Assembly: GCA_010356995.1 (NCBI GenBank)
Contig: ML996687.1
Location: forward strand, 1,613,803-1,677,802
DNA from: Trichodelitschia bisporula
Lineage: Eukaryota
DNA: 64,000 bases
Direction of reading: 5' to 3'
Shown here: piece after piece, positions 53,768 to 64,000 of the stretch
Layout of the letters: each line of letters opens with the position of its first letter
Numbering within the stretch: position 1 is the stretch's first letter
Notes under the pieces: generated by a model
What the model saw: only the letters and a program-made list of their open reading frames with translations
Database searches by the model: none
What the model was told of the DNA's origin: nothing
Made by a program: the position numbers and the translations under genes

Positions 53768-55108
53768 GGTGAATTAGTTGAAGGATGGTGTTGCGGGGAG
53801 TGGGGCACGGCACGACGTCGACGAAGCTTCCGACAAGGAAAAAACTGAAAGTGGACGGGCGGCGGCAGAATGGACCACGGCAAAACCCCGGCGCTTCGAG
53901 CAGGGTTCTCGGGCTACGCCGCCTTCGCAAAACGATGCACCACCTGACATCACGAGGCTAAATATGGAGGTTGGCGTTTTTCGTTCAGATCGCAACTACA
54001 TCGCCTTTACATCCGTAATGCTAATTTCGAATAGCCAAATTCCGTGGCCTGGAACAGAGACAGCGCAGTCTATGGGAATTGGCGTGATTGCAAGCAGAAT
54101 CACTTTCATTGTCTTCGGCGTTAGGAGTTGTTCACAACTACTACATAACCCATAGCGTCAAAAGAACGCCTTCTGATTTACTATGGCTGTCACCCTGACG
54201 TTCGCTTCATTTGGTATCATTGCTGCGACCTCAATACTGACAAAGACTCGTCAGCCTCTTACTTTTCCGTGCAGACCGCTTCCTCCTCGGAACAAAACGT
54301 AGCTGTTCCAACAGTGTTGACCCCCTCCCCCTTTAACCCACGACAAGATGCAGACGCGGACCTTGTCTTGACGTGCACTAAGCAAAGCGTTTCAGCCGTC
54401 CACCTGAACAACTGGACCACTGCTTAGGTTAAATGGCGATCATCCTGTCGAGTCGGGTTCCCGCGCAGAACATACGTTTGTTCCCACCTGTATGATGCAG
54501 CCCATTCAAGGGGAATCACATACAAAGTGGTCTTGATTCGCCCACGGAGGGCGAGCTATCGACATACATGCAGGCGCGATGGCATCGACATGTTCAAGCA
54601 ATGCTCACTCTCCGTAGATGTTCAAGTAGTACTCACTCTCCGTAGACCAGATAAAATGGCAATGTCCGTAGCTAAATCCAGCTCACTGAGGCACGCAAAT
54701 TACACGCCCGCCGTGCTGTACCTGTGGCGCAACCACCAGTTCCTCTTTGTCCCGCGCAGGTTTCGCTAGACAAGCATTAGCGACTGGGTTCGACTTTATC
54801 GCACTTTGTTGACATCTAAGGTTAGAACTGATATGGACACAGAAGGTATGAAGAGTCTAGTCGGGTAGGCAAGTTCGATACGGAAGGTGGGTACGCGTGG
54901 AAGAGCCGAGGCTTTTGTTGACGTAGCTGCTATTTTTCATAGACAAGCCGTAGCGCCGAGATAAGCTTCTCATATGGCCTACAGGAACGCAACGCGCTCA
55001 AAAAAAGATTCGTTGTGGAATCGGCTGCTTCTGATGCTGAACATGAAATGCATCACAACGCCTAGACCTTCCCGCGCCCCCACCCAGCTAACGATACCAA
55101 AATTTCGT

Positions 55109-55560
55109 CTAAGCCCGCTTACTCTTGGACGACTTTCTCTCGACATCGGTGATAGAGAGACCTGGTGCAGTTGTTAGCAATTGATTATGCCACGCTTTTT
55201 CATACGCCAGGGCTTTAGAATTGCTTACCGGGCGGCAGCGACTGCTTCAGCTTCTCCGCGCGCTCCGAGTCCTTCAGCACGAGGGTGTACAGGTACCGCT
55301 CGCAGCGGACCTTGAACTTTATCTTGCCCGTCGACTTGTTCTTCTTGATGCGCGCCGCTGTTGAGAAGGATTAGCAAGTTACACGCAACAGAGTCGAATC
55401 ACTGCGTAGGTAATGCCTGCCGGGACCGCGGACAGAGCTGGCGTGTGCGAAACTCGAACAGAGCGCGGTTTGACGCAGCGGAGCGGGAAGACTCACAGGA
55501 CGCATCCTTACGGCGGCAGATCTCAATGAACTGCTTGATATCGGAGACCTCGCTCGGCAT
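55109..55560 (-). CDS. RPL38: 60S ribosomal protein L38 (eL38), 3 exons; absent from ORF track
   Basis: [21 protein letters not shown]/..[52 protein letters not shown]. Confidence 0.96.
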
Positions 55561-55958
55561 TTTGACGGTTGTGGGAGAGTTGAAGGTGTGGTGAACGAAC
55601 GCTTCGGAGGAAAAGGTTGATTTTCAGGGTCGGTGGTGTTGGGGAAACTTGGCTTCTGAATGGTGGGGTACCAGGGCGGGATTCGATTGGCCATATTAAC
55701 GAGCCGCCGGTGCTGCGCCACATGTCTTGACGTGCATGGCCCAGGCGTGAGCGGCGTGCCAGGCACCCCAGGCTCCCCTCCCTAATCGGGCCATGGATCA
55801 CTTCTCGAAGGCAACAGCTGTCAACTACATCGCCATCCACCAAGCAGCAAACCGTCAACTTTATACTCTCCAAACCTCTCCCTGATCGACCCCGTTACCT
55901 CTTCACGCTTACCTTAGCTGTGTTGTATGTTTATTCTGCTCGCAAAAGTAGCACCACC

Positions 55959-56453
55959 ATGCCAACGAATCTTGACCGCGCGCTGAATTCTAAGGCCGCC
56001 TTTTGGGGGTTCGCTAGCGTCATCACAGCAGCCTCATTATGGACCATCTGGTAAAACCATCGCCTCCTGTTCGTGGCTTCTCATGTGTCATTTGCTTATG
56101 CTTGTGTGCAGGGGCCAAGACAGTCTGTTTCCACGCGAGGCTGACCCCACAGGTGGTATGTTCAGGCTCTGTTGATGAGCTTTGATATATCTAACGCCCC
56201 CAAGACCCTCAGACGTGGTCGATTGAGCAGCTTCGAACATGGCTCAACAATGTAAGGCTCCCATTTCTGTTAAATCATTTGGATTTGGACTCCCTCGGGA
56301 TCCCTCAGACGGGTAATCTCCTCTTAATGCTTTTGCCACCCATGTGGCCCACATGCTGACCAAACGCTTTAGCGATATCTTCTTCCCAGCAGTACAGCAA
56401 CTAAAGAGCAGCTTCTCGAGCGGGTCAGGAACAACATGCGCAACGGACGCTGA
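55959..56453 (+). CDS. 87-aa single-TM microprotein with Ish1/LEM-like helical motif, 4 exons; absent from ORF track
   Basis: Exons 55959-56050, 56112-56155, 56205-56251 and 56373-56453 total 264 nt. Translation MPTNLDRALNSKAAFWGFASVITAASLWTIWGQDSLFPREADPTGDPQTWSIEQLRTWLNNRYLLPSSTATKEQLLERVRNNMRNGR. Kozak-like CACCATG. Confidence 0.85.
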
Positions 56454-56698
56454 ATGACGAATGATGTTGATGAGTGGGCGTTAGGAGTATCCTTCTTCCT
56501 TTCTTCATGTGCCAGTCTCTGCAACAAAGGCCCATCTTCACGCGCAAGCTAGTAACTATCCAATCGTACATTACCGACTCCTCCCAACAACTCTTGATAT
56601 CTTGCAAGATAAGAACTCAATAGACTTCGAAACCGTTTACAGTGCCTTCCCTACGAATGCGACTGCTCAACGCCTGATCCAGCAGGCGGATGCGCGTC

Positions 56699-57854
56699 CT
56701 ATGACCCATACTCGTGGCCATACTGGACCTTCCTCTGCTTATGATTCCATGTCAGGAACCACGGAACGTCCTTGGCAATTGCTCCAGGAACTGCGCGCTT
56801 CTGCACCCATTTCGGCAGCCAACCTTTGGCATCGCTCGCCGTTGCCATTATCCACCTCACACGCTTATCCTCCGCCACCTCCACCTTCTCCACGCTAGCA
56901 TACTGACCGATGACCACTCTTTTCTTCTGCCGGGGACTCTCACCATCAGTGCGGTGCTTCCCGCTGCTGTACCGTGCTGCCGGGCTGTGCGACAGGTCAA
57001 TGGGGATCTGAACTACAATGAAGGCAGCAGGTGACAGCTTCCCTGCTATGATCAGCGTAGCGAAGACGCGATTGTGCAGTGGAAACGGGATATGGTGGGC
57101 CATCTCGTAGACTATGAAGCTTAGCGATATCCACTGCAAACGGAATAGAGAGCATACCCCTCATAGTCACGTCATCAAACCCTCCCAAGGCAGCATTTTC
57201 CCCAATCTGCCCACCGCGGTTCAAAGCCGAGTCCAAGGACGTTACCGCCTTGCCCTGAAGCTCCACGTCCCAGTCGCACACCCTCCCAGCGTCAAACACA
57301 TTCGGCGTATATTCGGCCTCATGCAGAGAATGATCCCTCAACAGCCCGACCTCAAACTCGGCAAAGTCAGCCGCCCTCTCATTCTCCCGCCCTTGCACAT
57401 GCAAACTCCTTCTCGCAACCCAATCCTCAGCGATCCTGCCATGGACAATTTTCCTTACAAGAATCTCCACGCCACTCTTCCATCCCCGCGCCTTGAACTC
57501 CCCACCCTGCACCCCTTCCGCAAACTTGACACCCTCCACCAGCACTCGCGCCGCAAACACCCGCGCCTCCTCGCCCGAACCCCCACTCTCAGCAGTCCCT
57601 AGCGCTGCATGTCCTGGAACCTTATCAACGGAGAGCGCAGCGAGGCGCACAAGTGGCGGGTGGTCGGATGGGGGTGCGGAGACTAAGGCCGGAGGTTGCT
57701 CCGCAGGAGGCGCGGCAGGCGCGGTGGCCAGGGGTGAGGTCAAGGCGGCAGATGCAGGAGCGGTGGAAGCTCCGGGGGCTGCGGGAGGGTGGGAGGGCAG
57801 AGGCTCAGAAGCAGGTGCGACATCGGCGGTCGGCTCTGCGGTTGGCATGGCCAT
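56699..57854 (-). CDS. DUF3074 family (START-like) protein, 2 exons
   Basis: WVARRSLH, GLLRDHSLHEAEYTP, YEMAHHIPFPLHNRVF, GQYASVE, WIMATASDAKGWLPKWVQ..IAKDV. Start uncertain. Confidence 0.8.
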
Positions 57855-59313
57855 CGGTTGCGGCGACGCGAGTGGTTGCTGAACTCGTGGGCGTGTTTGC
57901 GGGGGATGGATCTGGGCTCTGGATCGGGCCGCCAAGGACTGGCGCGGTGGGGCTTGAGCTTGGCTCGGCTTGTAAATGCGGGGCCTTTGGAGGGGAAATG
58001 TAGTGTTGATGGCAATGGGGGATTATTGGGTGCTGAGGGATCGTACTGTAGTAGTGTGAAGGAGGGAAAGGTAAGGTAATATGATGGGGGCTTGTGATTT
58101 GAAGTGGTTGGATTTGCTTCTTATTGTCGTTAAGGGTGGCTGGAAGTATCCTGTTGCTCGCTACACCAACAAAGTTGCGCGTGCGGGCGTTACGTAGTAG
58201 GTTACGCACATAACATCCGTACTCATCCTCATCACAGAGCCTGTCCACTGCTGCGCGAGCACTTTTCATCTCCCATCACTCTCTTAGCCCCGTCATCTTT
58301 GCTACGCGTCTAGTTTCACTACCATTTCCGTGCCGCCCGTACCGTTTCAAGTCAGGATGGACCCCTCCAATGATTTATCATCGCCAGTTATAACGAGGTA
58401 GTCTACTGTAGAGGAAAAGTGGGAACATCAGCAATACGAGGCCAGCCGTGCCTTGCATTCCGATAGGTGACCCGCCTAAGCATTGTGACTACGGTACCGT
58501 ACGTAGAATAGCCCATGATGCTGCTCCATGGCGGACGGACGGCTCAACCGCAACGCGTCGTGCCCTTCTTGCTGTCGTAAGAATGCCGGTACGGGATAGG
58601 TAAGCCTACAAATAGAAGCCCAAGCCCAAAAACGCCGAGATTCCATGTGCACAGGAAATCCAAGATGCTCAAAGCCGAGCCCAAAGCCTCAAGGCGAAAT
58701 CAGGTATCATGGTGCTTCCGACCACGTGGGTTTGTGCGATCTGAGTGATCAAAGGCCAAGTGCTCAACAGGAATGTGCAAAGGCTTAGCATGTAACCTCC
58801 AACGCCGATCGCCTCTTGTTGAACCTGCCAGATGGGCAAGCCGTTATATAAAAAAAAAACACCAAAGCAGGATTGCCACATGTCCTACTTTTTGGAATAA
58901 AAAAGCGAGCACTGCATGTGCAAAACGGAAAGTCGGAGTGAGAGGAAACGGAAACACAACAACACAGGGATTTAAGACTTTCGGCATGCGAGATTGATCC
59001 GATTTTGCAAGAATACGGTGTGATTCACACATATTGCACATGTACGTGATGCCAAGTAGAGAAGCAAAGGCTGGAGACCAACGCTTCTCCGAAAGTGCAG
59101 ATGGTGCACCGATTGGGTGATATTGGTGGGTGGAGGGGCAGGTAAGGAACCCATTACACATGCACCGCACCCCCCCCCCCCCCCCCCCGCCCCATCATGT
59201 CTCTGTGGCTGCATCCACTGACAGTCTGACGGCCAGCCTAGACCCCTCCATCCGGGAAGGAGAATCTCGAGGCATTTTAGCCTCGGAGCAAAGAAACAAG
59301 GCAATGATGGCCT

Positions 59314-61064
59314 CTATATACGCTTTTCGCCCTTTGCCGTACTTTCTTCGATTTCCGCGTCACGCGCAAGCTCTGTAGCCCGCAGCAGTGCTGGCCATTG
59401 AGACGTCCGTTGGGGCTCGTGGCTTGCGAGTGCGGGGCTGGGAAGCTGGAGGCGCTGGTCAAGCAGAGTTGACTCCGCGATTGTCGTCGGAACGGGCTGC
59501 GGCAGCAGGCGATCTGCCTTGGAAGTACTCAACACCGGCAGGAGGACCCCCTGGTATGGCGTACTCGTTAGACTTCCATCCGATGATATGGTGGTATCGT
59601 TGTGCACAAGCGGAGGTAGTGCAGCAGCACTCCGGATGGGTCGGCGCGAAAAGTAATCGGAGCTTGTCGCTGTGTATGGCCCCGAGTCTTCGCCCTGGGT
59701 GCCCCAATATGCCGCTTGCGTCGTCACGGGCGAATATCCAGGTTGCGTCGTTTGTTGCGTTCTTAGATCTGCCGCATGACCTGCTCGAGCGTGGTAAGGC
59801 AAGTCGTAGCTATTATAGTACCCGGGAGGCGCCGGAGGACTGGATCTGGGGGAGTGAGTTTCTCCAGCAATCGGCGAGTGGATGGTACTGGAGTAGATGG
59901 TGGGCGACGTTGACGCTGACGGAGCGCTGTAACTTCCCAGAGGGAAGTAGGCCGGCGCAACTTGCGAGTTGGAATTCGTTCGGGTATGTCCACTTCCTGG
60001 TTTAGTAGATCGAGTGGCCGGGCGCTTTTCTGTGCCCCTTTCGGCGTTTTCCATACTGTTGCTACGCGTGGAGGGGGTTGTCTCCATCTCAAGCCTTGAT
60101 CGTTTCCCCTCTATATTAACGTCAGATGACAGAAGGGAAGTACCGCCACACTCTTACCAGTCCTCGGGGCAGCATGCTTTGCCTTAAACTGGGCGAGGTA
60201 CTCCTGGTACTGGCTGTATTGTACGGTTTTCTTGTACTCGGCTAGTTCAGCGTAGTATTTCTCCTTTGCGGCTGCAGCTTGTCGTTCGCACGCCTCTCGT
60301 TCGTCCGCCGACAGAACCTGCCATCTCTCGCCAACTAGCTTGGCGATTTCCGCGAATGAGAGCTCTTGACCTCGGAGCTCCTCTCGAACCTCTGCGGTGA
60401 GTTAGGGAAGTGAAGTCCAAGAGACACGAGCTCTTACGATTTGAGAAGATGACATAGGCGGAAGCGGGACGCTCAGGAGCATTCTCGTCTGGCTGGGTCA
60501 GACTGTCAGTATGCGAAATGAGTAGAGCCGTAGAGAACAGAGCCATCTACGGTTGCTGTTTTGAACATACCTTAGGATGACGGCGATACTTGCGCTTCGT
60601 CCCAACTGTACCAGTACTTGAGGCTGGTGTGGGGGGAATGTTTCTTGAGACGTCTTTAGATTCAGCGGCCGAGTCGTCACTCCGATATGCACCGTCATTG
60701 CTGATGACCTTGCGATGCTCTAAAATGGAAACTCTTTCTGGCAATTGTCCTCGAGATTCGAAGATTGCCCGCTGAAGTTTCTGTTCCTAAGTCAGCCAAA
60801 TGGTCCGAGCGGCGACAAGGCTTCGCAAAGACGTGCTTGCGCAAGAAGAAAGACAATGGCATACCCGACGATGGCCAAGCTTTACATTGAGGAAGTTGCT
60901 GCAATGGGAAGTGATCAGCTGAAGCTTTTGAGTTGATACCAGACTTACAGGTCGGATTCAGTGATATCTAAGACGGTCTCCCAGGTATCGAAACCCTCTT
61001 GAACGAAAATTTCCAAATACTGGGTGAGGCCCAACCGCTCCAAACGGTCACTAAGGTCGGTCAT
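59314..61064 (-). CDS. SAM-domain plus HMG-box transcription factor, about 6 exons
   Basis: SAM: MTDLSDRLERLGLTQYLEIFVQEGFDTWETVLDITESDL/NFLNVKLGHRR/KLQRAI. HMG: KRKYRRHPK/PDENAPERPASAYVIFSN..LSFAEIAKLVGERWQVL..KEKYYAELAEYK. Confidence 0.9.
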
Positions 61065-64000
61065 AGAGGTTTTGGTGTCCCAACCGTTGAAGGGCTCCTC
61101 TGCCATAAATTGCAGCAAAATACTGACTGAGGCTGAATCTCCAACGCAGTGAAATTACTGGGAAAGGTGCAGGTTAGCAAGAGGCGTGGAAAGAGGCAGC
61201 TAGTCTTCGCCTTCCGTGGCTAAAAACAAAAGCCACAGCATGACCAACATGCTGCAGAGTCAAGCAATGAGAGAGTGAGAGCGCTTACGCACAGACTGTG
61301 ATGCTGAATAGTTGGTCGCCAAGAGAAGATGGTGGTGATGCAGGAAGGCAGATTTAGCCAATTAGGCTAGCCCGCAATAGACTTCTAGAACTGGCAAAAC
61401 GGGAATGAGACAGTGGAGCTTGTAGTTGTGTACAGCTGAGAAAGACGTAAAGGCAATGCAGAAAACTACGGCGACTGGAAGACGGGGTTTAAGGCGAGGA
61501 GGCCAACGAGGCTTAGGTTGGAGGAGGAATGCTCGAGGGATTGCCAGAATGCTATCGCGAAATAATGGAGACTGTGGCCAAGATGATACTAGGCTGATGA
61601 CGAAGATGCCTGCAAAGCTGGAGGTAGACTGCCGGCAGAACGCGTCAGATGGTCCATGAATGGCTCGGAGGTGTGAGCGGCAGTCGAGTGAGTGACCCGT
61701 GAGAGGCGAATTAAAAATATCGGTGTCGCAGGTACCCGGGGTTGGGCGGCGATGGCGTTGAACCTAGCTTGAAGCGTGAGTTCGGGGGGGGGAGAGCGTT
61801 GTTGGGCTAAGCAAATACTGAGGCTGTTGGTGTACGGGTCTTGCGCTCTTTGTGCGTGGTGGCTATGACCTGCTCTGTTGGCAGGACTGGTTCGCGGTCT
61901 GGCTGGATTTCGGGAGTCTGGGGTTTCTGGAGGCCAGGAAGGCGGACCGAAAAGACCGAGTCGAGGTTGGGCCGACGGGCGGGATTGAAGGCAGGTCAGC
62001 GTGCAGGAGCTCGCCCTTTTGGACGAGGGAATGGGATGAAGAATAGTGTTCGCGACTCGCGTCCGTTCCGATGCTTCGAGGAGTCGCAGGTGGAGGAAAG
62101 CTGCAGTTTGACAAGTCAGGCCCTCAGATCAGGTACTAGTAGCCTCAAAGGTTGCAGCACGTATTGCAGGCTTTTCCGACAGCAAGAAGCAAAATTTGAA
62201 GGCGGCGGAACGCGTGTTCTGCGAGAGGGTTTTTGGCGACCTTTTCGCAGCTTTTGTGACGTTGTTCTTTGATCAGCCTTCTTCAACCTTCAGTTTCCAA
62301 TGCTTTCTGATTTCTGATTTCTGATTTCGATTTCGATTAGGTGGAAGCCGAAAACCCGAGCATGTAGCACCAATGGCAAGTTGAGGCATTGACTGGACAG
62401 AGACCGGCAATGAGGGCTCGAAGGGGGTCGTAGAATATGGGGAGAGGCGTGGAGGGGAGGAAAGTGGGGGGTTGGAGGGGCACAAAATCGCCACGACTAA
62501 AGTATACGGCCCGTATTCAAAGCTGCATGGGCGAGACCGACATATGGATGATATCAGGGACTCGCGAGGTTTTCGAATGAAGACGGCCCGACGAAGGACG
62601 AAGCGGCTCGTAATGAGGGGGGGGGCATGCATGTGTAGCAGGCAATTCTGACGCAACGAAATGGCGCCGGAAGCAGACGAATGGTTCCAAAGGAGCTTGT
62701 TTCTCCCCAGTTGACAAAGACAGACAAATGCTTAAGCTTGAGAACACCCCGCCAGAAGTTAGAGAGGTGCGCGGATGAAGTTGACCAAGCTGCCCTCGAG
62801 GCAGTGGGCGTCCAAGGTATCCGAGGTGTGTGGGATGGGGGTTTTGGATACGTTAAGCCGGGACTGCTGGCCGGGACCGCTGGCTCGTGCATTGGGCCTC
62901 GTTGCCCTCTTCCGGGAGATTGGGCAGTTACTTCACAGGAATGTGTTTGGATAGGATTGTCATGATGGCAATCCCAAAACACCACGGGACCCGAGAGAAG
63001 GAGATGGGGAGCAAGGCAGCAACTGCCGGGGAGGCGGAACCGAGGGCGAAGTCACAACTTCGGAATTTTGCCTGTCCCGTCCGCTCAGTGTTCCCACTTC
63101 AACCTCTTTCCCCCTCGTTATCCCGCACAAAGTTTACCAATACGCAAAGAAAAAGACGCCTTATTTCTAGATCAGGAAGGCGGCTCGTTGCACAGATCTG
63201 GTGAGAACCTGTGGATCGAACTTCAGTCTGGCCCTCACCCCGGATTCCTTCATGGACCTCCTCCACCACCATCTGTCTGTCTGCCAATAACGGAGCCTCC
63301 TCCTAAAGAGCCTGCCCAACCGTGCCAACCTACCAGGATGTCCCGCGATTTCGTGGGGCCAAAGAGGGCATCACCATGTGGTATACCTCCGGATGGTTTA
63401 ATAACTCCAGAACCTCCCTACCTAGGAAAGGCCTTTTGATGAGATTCGGAGAGGTGTGGTAGGAAAACGGCCCAACGTGCTACCCTTGTCACCCCGCTCT
63501 CTCTACAAGGAAACGACCTCACACTAACCGAGCCCGGCCCTTCTTCGTCATCCTATCGCCTAACCTACCTACATGTTGAACGCTCGCCATCTACCGTACC
63601 TACTGTTGGTTCCTTGCCACATCCTCTCACATGCATTCAACATGCTTCGCATCGCCACACACAAAATGCAACTGGCACGTCGAGCTACCGGTACATAAGA
63701 CTGGTCCCTCGCTCGTGGCAAGTGCGGATCACAGGACCCTGGGATGGTGATCGCTCTCCACGAGTACCATCCCATAATCCGGCGGTTTACCATGGGAAAT
63801 TGATGCGGCATGCAATTTCCCGTGCAAGATTCCGCAGAGTGCCGTCCCAGACCCTCATGCACCGACTGGCGCGAGCACAAGGCAGTCCATCAAAATCCAG
63901 TTCCGAGCTTTGAGATTTCGTATCCTGGATCTTGCCAAGGCGAGCCTGTTTCTGCCAGGAGCGTCCTCCATTGGCGACATGAGTCTCCTTAGAAGGAAAT

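Noticed and set aside
54780..54810. GGTTCGA T-loop-like word suggesting a tRNA
   Set aside because: No T-stem, acceptor stem or cloverleaf can be formed.

Overview
Eukaryotic DNA from a filamentous ascomycete (Pezizomycotina-type short GT-AG introns with CTRAC branch points). Most genes are spliced, so the ORF track fragments them or misses them. About 20 genes were reconstructed: the 3' end of an MRP1-like mitoribosomal gene, CUE-domain protein, FAR-17a/AIG1, three MFS transporters, secreted CFEM protein, aquaporin, palF/RIM8, thioesterase, 4CL-like acyl-CoA ligase, SET1, RIB4, GFA1, a Zn2Cys6 factor, TIM23, RPL38, an 87-aa four-exon microprotein, DUF3074 and a SAM+HMG-box factor. A gene-free island at about 6.5-18.9 kb holds transposon remnants: two opposed 5'-truncated Tad-like LINE copies (one spans an assembly gap), three other non-LTR 3' tails, four solo LTRs with 5-bp TSDs and a family of fold-back MITEs, some nested. 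The most unusual signal is a shared hairpin-containing motif about 85-95 nt upstream of the tail in four otherwise dissimilar non-LTR 3' ends. All calls were made by eye; no database searches were run.
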